Shown here piece by piece: positions 8,334 through 16,096 of a stretch of DNA of 22,107 bases (the stretch's first letter is position 1; each line of letters opens with the position of its first letter). Below the pieces are notes generated by a model. The model saw only the letters and a list, made by a program, of their open reading frames with translations, did no database searches and had not been told where the DNA came from. The stretch comes from Candidatus Woesearchaeota archaeon (GTDB lineage Archaea; Nanobdellota; Nanobdellia; Pacearchaeales; GW2011-AR1), in NCBI GenBank assembly GCA_964477565.1, contig CAYZDX010000001.1, positions 2,596 through 24,702 of the forward strand. The letters are read 5' to 3'. The position numbers and the translations under genes are program-made.

Positions 8334-8669
8334 TTATCTTAATTTTCTATATTTTTCTAATTTCCTTAATTTTGCTTCTTTAACTAATAAAGAAATTCTT
8401 GATTTATAATCATGTTTGTTTTTTGCAAGATGTTGTTTTAATGCTGCAATTCTTTTCTTTAAATTTGTGATGTCAGGGTCTATCTTAATGTTATTTTTTT
8501 CTAATATTCTCGAAATTTTTGTTCCTAATTTTTTTAAATAAATTCCATGTTCTTGTTTAAGAATCAAGCCTATTTTTTCGTTAGTAAGTCCTTTTTTAGA
8601 TAGTTCTACAACTAATTTTTCAATTTCTTTTTCATTTAGTTTTTTTCCTTTTGAATTTTTTGTAGCCAT
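8334..8669 (-). CDS. rps15: 30S ribosomal protein uS15 (S15P/S13e)
   Basis: EIEKLVVELSKKGLTNEKIGLILKQEHGI ... LKKRIAALKQHLAKNKHDYKSRISLLVKEAKLRKLEKYRK matches the archaeal S15 pattern. Confidence 0.9.
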   Translation of the reverse strand: MATKNSKGKKLNEKEIEKLVVELSKKGLTNEKIGLILKQEHGIYLKKLGTKISRILEKNNIKIDPDITNLKKRIAALKQHLAKNKHDYKSRISLLVKEAKLRKLEKYRKLR

Positions 8670-8761
8670 GTTTATTTTTCTTTTTCTTTATTTTTAAATC
8701 TTGTTGTTTGTATGCATTGTTGCAAAAGAAAGGTCTTGAAGTTATGGTCATCCCCAATAAT

Positions 8762-9193
8762 TCAAATCCTTTTTTGAATAGGTTTTAAGTATTTTTTATC
8801 TTTTGTTCTTAAATATTTGAAAAAGAAATCTACAATTAACTGACACTCCCTTTTTATTCTTTCTTTGTTAGTGTAAGTATCTTTATTAATGTTCGGTTTA
8901 ATTTTATTATTATATTTTCCATGAAGAATTTTAACATTTTGGGGTTTTTGAATTTCTTTTCCTTCATTATATTTATAAAAGTATACTGAAATTAATATTG
9001 GTTTTTCTTTTACGAAAGCGATTTCGTAATAAGGTTTTTTTATCTCGTTTGTCCAAATTTCTATGTCAAAATCATCAAATTTTTTAGCAGGTTTTGTTGC
9101 AGTTGAACCTCTAACTAATATTAATCTGCTTTCTTTATTAAATTTCTTTTTAATATATTCAAAAACCTCTTTTTTATTATCAAAATTCTTCAT
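8762..9193 (-). CDS. Putative minimal nucleotidyltransferase (Pol beta superfamily) domain protein
   Basis: 143-aa ORF with the G-S ... D-x-D signature (LILVRGSTATKPAKKFDDFDIEIW). A TATA-like element lies 25 nt upstream of the ATG. Weak family-level call. Confidence 0.4.
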   Translation of the reverse strand: MKNFDNKKEVFEYIKKKFNKESRLILVRGSTATKPAKKFDDFDIEIWTNEIKKPYYEIAFVKEKPILISVYFYKYNEGKEIQKPQNVKILHGKYNNKIKPNINKDTYTNKERIKRECQLIVDFFFKYLRTKDKKYLKPIQKRI

Positions 9194-9212
9194 AATATGC
9201 TTATGAATCTCT

Positions 9213-9222
9213 TTATTTATAA
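9213..9222 (-). promoter_or_regulatory. TATA box for the nucleotidyltransferase-like gene
   Basis: Minus strand TTATAAATAA, centred ~25 nt from ATG 9193. Confidence 0.45.
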
Positions 9223-9307
9223 CATTTTCTTTTTCAGTTCGGAGGATGTTGCGTTATCTTCTTCAGTTCTTAAGATAGATAATAAGAATTTAACAACTTA
9301 AAAACTA

Positions 9308-9380
9308 TGGGCATGGGAGGAATCGAACCTCCGATCTCCCGCACGTCAAGCGGACGTCATAACCACTAGACCACATGCCC
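9308..9380 (-). tRNA. tRNA-Val (anticodon GAC)
   Basis: Reverse complement: acceptor GGGCATG/CATGCCC, anticodon stem TCCGC/GCGGG with loop TTGACGT, T arm GGAGG-TTCGATT-CCTCC, discriminator A. A TATA-like TTTTATATTA lies ~26 nt upstream. Confidence 0.9.
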
Positions 9381-9515
9381 TCTAAATAAGAATTTAATAA
9401 TAATATAAAAGCTTTTCCTAATAAAAAATATGTTCCTTGATAAAGTGTTTAAATAAACTCTTTTAGCTTAAATATAAAAATTTAAAAACCTTGTTTAATC
9501 TGCATTTAAAGAAAA

Positions 9516-9839
9516 ATGAAAGTTCCAAAAACAATTAATAGGTATTGTCCTTATTGCAAGAAAAAGACAGAGCATAAAGTTAGCGATGTCTCTAGTGGAC
9601 ATAAGAGAGGATCTTTAAAGAGAGGTTCTATACAAAGGGCAAAGAAAAGGGGGTTGGGGAAGGGTATAGGAAATAAAGGAAAATGGGGGAGCAAGCCTGC
9701 AGTAACTAAATATAAAAGAAAAACAAAGAGCACAAAGAAAACTAATTTGCTTTATACGTGCAAAGAATGTGGAAAATCTCATGGTCAGAAAAAGGGTAAA
9801 AGAACAAGTAAATTGCAAATAGAGGAAAAGAAGAAATAA
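9516..9839 (+). CDS. rpl44e: 50S ribosomal protein L44e (eL42)
   Basis: MKVPKTINRYCPYCKKKTEHKV ... YTCKECGKSH: a four-Cys zinc ribbon with a basic composition, typical of L44e. Confidence 0.85.
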   Translation: MKVPKTINRYCPYCKKKTEHKVSDVSSGHKRGSLKRGSIQRAKKRGLGKGIGNKGKWGSKPAVTKYKRKTKSTKKTNLLYTCKECGKSHGQKKGKRTSKLQIEEKKK

Positions 9840-9840
9840 A

Positions 9841-10395
9841 ATGGCAGCTAAAAAGAAATTTTTTGAATTAGAACTTCCAATAATAAAACAAAAAGTTGAG
9901 TTGTATGGAACAAGTGAAGATGATTTAGAAGGAAGAAGTGTGAAAATAGATTTGACAAGGAAATTAAGGGGAAAAGGAGTTGAGATTATTTTTAAGGTAA
10001 TCAAAGATAAAGAAAAATTAAATGTAATTCCTTCTAGACTCCATCTTTTTAGTTATTATATAAGAAGGATGATGAGAAAATCTGTAGATTATGTTGAAGA
10101 TTCTTTTGATGTGGAATCTAAAAATGCTCACCTAAGAGTTAAACCTTTTTTAATAACAAGGAAAAAAGTTACGAGAAATGTGAGAAAAGCTTTAAGGAAT
10201 AAGGCAAAAGAGGAAATAATTAAAAGCTTTGGAAATAAAAATTTTGAAGATATCTTTGACGAATTGATATCTAATAGATTTCAGAGAAATCTAAGTTTGA
10301 AACTAAAGAAAATATATCCTCTTGGTTTCTGCGATATTCGTGATATTTATCTTAAAGAAAAAAAAGATATGGTTAAGAAAGTTAAGGTCAAGTGA
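9841..10395 (+). CDS. rps3ae: 30S ribosomal protein S3Ae (eS1)
   Basis: Starts 1 nt after the L44e stop. GRSVKIDL, LRVKPFLITRKKV and the C-terminal KKIYPL motif match archaeal S3Ae. Confidence 0.8.
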   Translation: MAAKKKFFELELPIIKQKVELYGTSEDDLEGRSVKIDLTRKLRGKGVEIIFKVIKDKEKLNVIPSRLHLFSYYIRRMMRKSVDYVEDSFDVESKNAHLRVKPFLITRKKVTRNVRKALRNKAKEEIIKSFGNKNFEDIFDELISNRFQRNLSLKLKKIYPLGFCDIRDIYLKEKKDMVKKVKVK

Positions 10396-10401
10396 AGTAA
10401 G

Positions 10402-10411
10402 ATTTAAAAAT
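10402..10411 (+). promoter_or_regulatory. TATA box for tRNA-Thr
   Basis: ATTTAAAAAT, centred ~27 nt upstream of the tRNA 5' end at 10434. Confidence 0.5.
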
Positions 10412-10433
10412 TACTTTTTCTGTTTTAAATTAT

Positions 10434-10517
10434 GCCTCAGTAGCTCAGGGGTAGAGCGGCTGCCTTGTAAATCTTCATGAAAGCAGTAGGTCGGGGGTTC
10501 GAATCCCTCCTGAGGCT
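10434..10517 (+). tRNA. tRNA-Thr (anticodon UGU) with a 12-nt intron at the canonical 37/38 position
   Basis: Acceptor GCCTCAG/CTGAGGC, D arm GCTC-AGGGGTA-GAGC, anticodon stem GCTGC/GCAGT, T arm GGGGG-TTCGAAT-CCCTC, discriminator T. There are 19 nt between the anticodon stem strands; removing AATCTTCATGAA restores the loop CTTGTAA. A TATA lies at 10402-10411. Confidence 0.8.
10470..10481 (+). other. Putative tRNA intron (12 nt)
   Basis: AATCTTCATGAA sits between A37 and A38. Intron nt CAUG can pair with loop nt C32-G35 (3 of 4 pairs), flanked by a 3-nt bulge AA|A. This is a relaxed bulge-helix-loop rather than a strict BHB. Confidence 0.6.
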
Positions 10518-10534
10518 TGTTTAGAATTCTATAA

Positions 10535-11089
10535 TTAGTCTTCTTCTATTTTTTCTACTTTTCCATCACTAATTAAAATTTCAACAATTTCTTTTGGCAG
10601 ATTGGCTATTTCCCCCTTTTTAAAAGGTCCGTAAGTTTCTTCATTTAAGCCAATGAATTCTTCAACATCTTCTTTAAAATTAACTAAGATGTTCTCTTTT
10701 TCTTTTTTTGGCTTTCCATTCAAGATTTCATTAAGATTTTTATCTGTTTCTTTTATAATCCTGGTGATTTTATCAAACATTTCCCTTTCAAAATCCAACA
10801 TATTCTCAAAATCTCTTTTACTTATTCCAGTTTCAATGGCAATAAAAGCTAAATCTAGTATTTTTTTCTTTCTTCTAACCATAATCTCATTGAATATTGA
10901 TATTGCATTTTCAAACTGTTTTTTAACTTTTAAATCTCCTGAGAGAATGTCCTTATTTTTTTCTAATATTTCTTTTTTTTCTTTGAAGTACTCAGCTACT
11001 TCTTTCAGAAAATTTTTCGGTAGTTTTTGAAGTTGTTCAGAATATTTTTCTTTTCTTAATGCTTCATAGATATCATTGTAGGTTATCAT
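10535..11089 (-). CDS. gins51: GINS complex subunit, Gins51 (Sld5/Psf1-like)
   Basis: N-terminal ITYNDIYEALRKEKYSEQLQKLPKNFLKEV (A domain) and C-terminal VNFKEDVEEFIGLNEETYGPFKKGEIANLPKEIVEILISDG (B domain) match the archaeal Gins51 pattern. Confidence 0.65.
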   Translation of the reverse strand: MITYNDIYEALRKEKYSEQLQKLPKNFLKEVAEYFKEKKEILEKNKDILSGDLKVKKQFENAISIFNEIMVRRKKKILDLAFIAIETGISKRDFENMLDFEREMFDKITRIIKETDKNLNEILNGKPKKEKENILVNFKEDVEEFIGLNEETYGPFKKGEIANLPKEIVEILISDGKVEKIEED

Positions 11090-11149
11090 CCTAAGAAATA
11101 GGAATCTTGATTTTTAATTCTTATTGTATTATAAAATATATTACTTAAT

Positions 11150-12388
11150 CTACTTTTCAATTGGTTTTTTAAATAAATCTAAAAGTGTTTTTGATTCTAA
11201 TTTTCCAAGTTTTCCTTTTCTAGCATTTCTTTCACAAAATTTTACTGGCTCTTTTTTCTTTTTCCAATTGCAAAACAAAACAGGAACAGGGTCTGCTGAA
11301 TGTTTCTTTAGTTCGCAAGGAGTTGAGTGGTCTGATGTTATTATGATTTTAATTTTATTTTTTTCTCCGAATTTTTTTAAAAAAGAAAATAATTTTTTAT
11401 CAATTATTTCTAACATTTCTTTTTTTTCTAGAGGTTTGTTATCATGGCCTGCAGCATCGGTCTCTTTTAAATAAACGAAGGCATAATCTTCTTTACTTTT
11501 TTTAAGCATTTTTATTGTTTTTTTAATCTCCCACATTAAATTTTTCTTTAAATTAGAATAGGCATCATAGTTTTTTGATTTTATTGGAGAAAATTCATGA
11601 AGATTTATTCCTAAAACCTTGCATATCCCTTTTATTACAGGAACAGAAGTTGAGCAACACCAATTCCTGTATTTTTTTATTTTTTTAATGTATGTTCCTG
11701 CTGCCCTGCATAATATGATATTTGCAGGAAGAAATCCTTTTTTTCTTCTTTCAATATTCACTGGATGTTCTTTTAATAATTCAAATGCCTGCTTTGTGAA
11801 ATTATTTAAAAGATTCGCTGAATATTCTGAAAGTTCGTCATCATTTTCTGGAACAGAGAATCTAAATTTTCTATCTTTAACTTTTAGATATTCTGGATCT
11901 GTTGGAGTTATTCTGTCTGAGAAGCCACCTTTAATAACTAAAACTGCGCGATGTTGTAGAGTTGGTTTGAATATAAAAGGATGAAAAATTTTTATTTTTT
12001 CATTTAATGTTTTGGCTAACTTTTCAGCTTCTTTTGTTGTTAGATTTCTTCCTGCTCTTCTGTCAATTATCTCTCTATTCTCCATGTTATCTATTGTTGC
12101 AAAATTTGCTCTTAATGCCAAATCCCCTTTTTTTAATTCTAATCCTGCTCCTAAAGCCTCTAACCAACCTCTTGGATATTCTTGCCACTCTCTTCCAAAA
12201 ATACTAATTATTGCTTCAGAAGTTCCTGGAACAAAACCTTTTTTTACAGGATATAAGTATCCAAAATCCCCCTTACTCGAAAGATAATCAAGATTTGGAG
12301 TTTCAGCAGCTTCAAGAGGCGTCTTACCCTTTAATTTCTTACATGGCAAGTCAGCCAAACCATCTAGGATAATTAATATGCCTTTCAT
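11150..12388 (-). CDS. apgM: 2,3-bisphosphoglycerate-independent phosphoglycerate mutase, archaeal type
   Basis: ILIILDGLADLP, TPNLDYL, DAAGHD and TSDHSTP metal-binding motifs. 412 aa. Confidence 0.85.
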   Translation of the reverse strand: MKGILIILDGLADLPCKKLKGKTPLEAAETPNLDYLSSKGDFGYLYPVKKGFVPGTSEAIISIFGREWQEYPRGWLEALGAGLELKKGDLALRANFATIDNMENREIIDRRAGRNLTTKEAEKLAKTLNEKIKIFHPFIFKPTLQHRAVLVIKGGFSDRITPTDPEYLKVKDRKFRFSVPENDDELSEYSANLLNNFTKQAFELLKEHPVNIERRKKGFLPANIILCRAAGTYIKKIKKYRNWCCSTSVPVIKGICKVLGINLHEFSPIKSKNYDAYSNLKKNLMWEIKKTIKMLKKSKEDYAFVYLKETDAAGHDNKPLEKKEMLEIIDKKLFSFLKKFGEKNKIKIIITSDHSTPCELKKHSADPVPVLFCNWKKKKEPVKFCERNARKGKLGKLESKTLLDLFKKPIEK

Positions 12389-12409
12389 ACTTTAAGAAAG
12401 GAAAGGGAA

Positions 12410-12418
12410 TTTATAAAT
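12410..12418 (-). promoter_or_regulatory. TATA box for apgM
   Basis: TTTATAAAT, centred 26 nt from ATG 12388. Confidence 0.5.
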
Positions 12419-12434
12419 TTTCTTAAATGAACAG

Positions 12435-12444
12435 ATTTATAAAG
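12435..12444 (+). promoter_or_regulatory. TATA box for ftsY
   Basis: ATTTATAAAG, centred ~25 nt from ATG 12465. Confidence 0.5.
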
Positions 12445-12464
12445 AATTTTAATGTTTTTAAAAT

Positions 12465-13538
12465 ATGTTCAAAAAATTAAAAGAAAAATTAAAAAGCTGG
12501 TTTGAAAAAGCAGAAGAAAAGGCAGAAGCTGAAAAAGAGAAAGAAGAGGTAGTTAAAGAGAAAGTTAAAAAAAAGAAAGTAGGAGGTAAGAAAGAGAAGA
12601 AGAAATTAGAGATTAAAGAGAAAGAAATAAAAGGGGAAGGGGGTGGGGCGGTTGAAGAAAAAGAAGAAAAGAAAAAAGGGTTTCTTTTTAAATTAAAAAG
12701 AAAATTCAAAATAACTGAAGATTATTTTGAAGAGATATTTTCTGATTTGGAATTTGTATTGCTTGAAAATAATGTTGCTTTGGAAGTAGTAGAAAAAATA
12801 AAGGAGAGTTTGAAAAATGAGCTTGTTGACGAGGAGATAGAAAAAAAGGAAGTAGAAGAAAAAATTAAAGATGCTTTGAAATCTTCAATAGAAGAGATAA
12901 TTAAGGAACCTTTTGATTTAATAGAAAAAATAAAAAATAAGGAAGGGCCTTTTGTGATAATCTTTTTTGGCATTAATGGTTCTGGAAAAACTACAACAAT
13001 AGCAAGATTGGCTTATTTATTAAAAAAGAACAATTTGTCTTGTGTTCTTGCAGCTTCAGATACTTTTCGTGCAGCTTCAATAGAACAGCTAGAAAAACAT
13101 GCTAAAAATTTAGATGTGAGAATTGTGAAAAGCCAATATAATGCTGACCCCGCTTCAGTAGCTTTTGATGCAATAAAACATGCAGAATCTAAAGGCGTGG
13201 ATGTGGTTTTAATAGATACAGCAGGAAGAATGTACACTAAATCTGATTTGTTAAAAGAAATGGAGAAAATTTGCCGGGTTAGCCAGCCAGATTTAAAAAT
13301 ATTTGTGGCAGAGAGTATAACTGGAAATGATGCAGTAGAGCAAGCAAGAACTTTTGATGAGGCAGTAGGAATAGATGGAATAATTCTAACTAAAACTGAT
13401 GTCGATGAAAAAGGAGGAACAGCTTTATCAATATCTTATGTTACAGGAAAGCCAATTCTCTATCTCGGAACTGGGCAGGATTATGGGGATTTAGAGAAAT
13501 TTAATAAGAAAAAGCTAATTGAAAATTTAGGATTATAA
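12465..13538 (+). CDS. ftsY: Signal recognition particle receptor FtsY
   Basis: K/E-rich acidic-basic N-terminal region followed by an NG domain: GINGSGKTTT, DTAGR, TKTDVDEKGG. Confidence 0.9.
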   Translation: MFKKLKEKLKSWFEKAEEKAEAEKEKEEVVKEKVKKKKVGGKKEKKKLEIKEKEIKGEGGGAVEEKEEKKKGFLFKLKRKFKITEDYFEEIFSDLEFVLLENNVALEVVEKIKESLKNELVDEEIEKKEVEEKIKDALKSSIEEIIKEPFDLIEKIKNKEGPFVIIFFGINGSGKTTTIARLAYLLKKNNLSCVLAASDTFRAASIEQLEKHAKNLDVRIVKSQYNADPASVAFDAIKHAESKGVDVVLIDTAGRMYTKSDLLKEMEKICRVSQPDLKIFVAESITGNDAVEQARTFDEAVGIDGIILTKTDVDEKGGTALSISYVTGKPILYLGTGQDYGDLEKFNKKKLIENLGL

Positions 13539-13540
13539 TC

Positions 13541-14500
13541 TTATTCTTCTTCATCTTTTATCCCGCCAGCTGTAACAAAAAATATTGCTTCGTTATCAGG
13601 CAAGTTAGGGGAATCTATCAATTTAGCTACTCTGCTTCCTTTTTTTCCTCTTCTTAAATATAGGCGATAAGTTGAAGCATGTCCCACTATATTGCCACCA
13701 ACAGCAACAGTAGGGTCTCCAAACATTACTGCAGGATTTGCCATTACCTGATTTGTTACATAAATAGAGAGGTTATGTTGTTCTGAAAGTTTCATTAAGT
13801 TATGTATATACTTGTTTAATTTTTGCTGCCTGTCAGCTAAGGTTCCTCTTCCAGCATATTCTGCTCTAAAATGGGCAGTTAAAGAATCTATTATAACTAA
13901 CCTTATTGGTTCCCCTTTTTTAATTAGGTCTGTAACTTTATCTATTAATAATATTTGATGATCAGAATTAAAGGCTCTGGCAACAAAAATATTTTTCAAA
14001 ACTTTCTCTGGATTTGCTCCTATGTTTTCAGCTATTTGCTTTATTCTTTCTGTTCTAAAAGTTCCTTCTGTATCTATCCATACAGCTTTTCCATTTGCTC
14101 CTCCTTTTTCAAGAGGCAACTGGACATTGACAGCTAAACTCAACCCCAGCTGAGTTTTGCCAGAGCCGTAAGCTCCAAAAGCTTCAGTAATAGCTTTTGT
14201 TTCTACACCTTTTCCACCCAGGAGATTATCTAAATTTTTACTTCCTGTTGTAATGTATCTAACTTCTTTCCTCTTTTGAGCATATTCTATACCATCTTGA
14301 AAACCAAGGTCCATCATCTTTCTTGCTGCTTGAATAGCTTTTCTAGCAACAGCCTCTCCCACTCCTGCAGTCTCTGCTAATTCACTAGGAGACATTACTG
14401 CTAATCCCATTAAATCATATATTCCAGCATCTTCAAGCTTTTTTGCAGAACTAGGGCCAATTCCTGGCAAGTCGGTAATTTTCTTTTCTTCTTTAGTCAT
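13541..14500 (-). CDS. radA: DNA repair and recombination protein RadA
   Basis: HhH N-domain (LPGIGPSSAKKLEDAGI), Walker A GAYGSGKTQ, Walker B LVIIDS. I prefer ATG 14498-14500 (319 aa) because a TATA at 14522-14530 lies 26 nt upstream. The tracked ORF extends to 14554. Confidence 0.9.
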   Translation of the reverse strand: MTKEEKKITDLPGIGPSSAKKLEDAGIYDLMGLAVMSPSELAETAGVGEAVARKAIQAARKMMDLGFQDGIEYAQKRKEVRYITTGSKNLDNLLGGKGVETKAITEAFGAYGSGKTQLGLSLAVNVQLPLEKGGANGKAVWIDTEGTFRTERIKQIAENIGANPEKVLKNIFVARAFNSDHQILLIDKVTDLIKKGEPIRLVIIDSLTAHFRAEYAGRGTLADRQQKLNKYIHNLMKLSEQHNLSIYVTNQVMANPAVMFGDPTVAVGGNIVGHASTYRLYLRRGKKGSRVAKLIDSPNLPDNEAIFFVTAGGIKDEEE

Positions 14501-14521
14501 GTTCTTTAACATATTATTTAA

Positions 14522-14530
14522 TTTATAAAT
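14522..14530 (-). promoter_or_regulatory. TATA box for radA
   Basis: TTTATAAAT, centred 26 nt from ATG 14500 and just downstream of the DUF457 stop. Confidence 0.5.
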
Positions 14531-14553
14531 ATTGTTTTTCTTAAAGATATACA

Positions 14554-15000
14554 TTAAATTGCAACCAATAGTAAAAATGCTATTATGTCAAGAATAACAA
14601 AAACTAAAAATAGGGTGGTTTCAACAACTCCGCCGACTCTTATACTCCATGAACTCTTTTGTTTTAAAGGCCAGAAAGGTTTTATTCCCTCTTTAGTAAA
14701 TGAATCTGTAAAAAGATGTAAAGAATAACCAAGGAAAAAAGGAAAAGCCAAAATAGGAGAGAAAAAAGTAAGAATTGTTGATATGATAATTGCAAAAGTT
14801 AGGGAATGGAAAATACCTCTATGCTTCACAAAAAATTGGATAATTTTACCATTTTTACCAATAGTCGAGAAGCCAGTATCAATGTCTGGGAGAGCTGTTG
14901 CAATTAATGCAATGAGAATAAAAATTCCTTTACTTGACACATGTGGAAGAAAAGCTATTATAGCGAGAACTGAGATAGCAAGATGTGTTCTTAACATCAT
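14554..15000 (-). CDS. YdjM/DUF457-family membrane-bound metal-dependent hydrolase
   Basis: 148 aa and mostly hydrophobic, with THLA, LPDIDT, KHRGIFHS and GYSLHLFTDSFT motifs matching E. coli YdjM-type proteins. The start overlaps the RPA stop (ATGA at 14997-15000). Confidence 0.6.
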   Translation of the reverse strand: MMLRTHLAISVLAIIAFLPHVSSKGIFILIALIATALPDIDTGFSTIGKNGKIIQFFVKHRGIFHSLTFAIIISTILTFFSPILAFPFFLGYSLHLFTDSFTKEGIKPFWPLKQKSSWSIRVGGVVETTLFLVFVILDIIAFLLLVAI

Positions 15001-15935
15001 TTTTCTAAAGTTTCAATTAATTTTTCTATATTAACTTCTTGAATGTCAGAAATCAAGAATTCAAGATTATTAAACATTTTGTTTCTTCTTACCCTCCCAA
15101 TAAAATATGCTTCTTTACCTAATAGAGATTGTCTTTTTTCAATAAAGTTTTCTGGTTCTAAGTCCCCTTTGTTTAGCCCTAATTTTTCTATTTGCTCTTG
15201 GAAAAGTAAGGCGCGAATATTGGAAGTTCCATCATCTATAACAATTGACAACAAAACTCTTTTTTCTGGGACAATAATGCCATGAGTTTCACATTTATTT
15301 TTTTCTCCTTCAATTATAATCCTTTTTCCACATTCAGGGCATACATCAAAAAATTTTGGCTCAAAAACTTGGACAATTATGGCTCTTGTTTTAGCGTTTG
15401 TTCCTTCGTTAAATTCTTCAATAGTTTTTTCAGGAGTAAGCTGTTCAGATTTCACATTTTCTATTATCTCTTGGCTTTTTTTAATATCAGAAAATCCTCC
15501 TAAATGTAATTCTCCATTTCTTAAGCCTGCATTACTAATCTCTACCACATCCCCCTCTTTTATTTCTCTATTTTCAAGGAGTTTAATATGGTTTGTATCC
15601 CATAATACTACTCTGACACTTCCAGTATCATCAGCTAATAAGAAATTTGCAACTTTTCCCTTTCTACCATTTTTTTCGAATTCTCTTATTGGAAATAAGT
15701 TTATTATTTTTCCTACAATATTTATTCTTTTAAGACCATTTGACAACTCTTCTACTTTAACTTTTTCTTTGTCTAAATTAATTCCTAATTCACTTGCTAC
15801 AATTTGAGCTGCTCCTTCTTTACTTATTAACCCAGAAAGTTTTGCTCTTTTTGCTTCAATTAATCTTTCTATCTCCTCTACTTCTTTACCACTTGATTTT
15901 GCTATAAGACTTATTATCCTTTCTGTATCTTGCAT
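14997..15935 (-). CDS. rpa: Replication protein A (ssDNA-binding, OB folds plus zinc ribbon)
   Basis: N-terminal helical module (LISKEGAAQIVASELGI), OB-fold region (GKIINLFPIREF...VANFLLADDTGSVRVVLWD) and CPECGKR...CETHG zinc motif. Confidence 0.8.
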   Translation of the reverse strand: MQDTERIISLIAKSSGKEVEEIERLIEAKRAKLSGLISKEGAAQIVASELGINLDKEKVKVEELSNGLKRINIVGKIINLFPIREFEKNGRKGKVANFLLADDTGSVRVVLWDTNHIKLLENREIKEGDVVEISNAGLRNGELHLGGFSDIKKSQEIIENVKSEQLTPEKTIEEFNEGTNAKTRAIIVQVFEPKFFDVCPECGKRIIIEGEKNKCETHGIIVPEKRVLLSIVIDDGTSNIRALLFQEQIEKLGLNKGDLEPENFIEKRQSLLGKEAYFIGRVRRNKMFNNLEFLISDIQEVNIEKLIETLEK

Positions 15936-16096
15936 AACAATCTAAAAAGGGCTTTGTTTTTAAAAATTGTTATTCTTAAGTATGCTTTTTGGATTTATAT
16001 TTTTGGAATTTAAAAATCTGTTAAGAAAATAAATTTGAAAAAGAAGCGTATAATTTAATTAACTCGGTTTATCACTTTTTTATTAGACTGAAATTC

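Noticed and set aside
9225-9275. Possible C/D box sRNA between tRNA-Val and the nucleotidyltransferase gene. The minus strand has two CUGA boxes (AACUGAAGAAGAUAACGCAACAUCCUCCGAACUGAA), and TTCAGTTC is repeated.
   Set aside because: There is no RUGAUGA C box; the best C' candidate, AGAAGA, has two mismatches. There are no terminal pairing or K-turn partners, and the region is adequately explained as tRNA trailer plus promoter.
14501-14554. The longer N-terminus tracked for radA (MYIFKKNNIYKLNNMLKN...). The same issue arises for aEF-1beta (17629) and the HIT-like ORF (TTG at 19467).
   Set aside because: In each case the extension would contain the gene's own TATA-like element, and the internal ATG sits at the recurrent ~25-nt spacing. 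The shorter products also match the usual family lengths.
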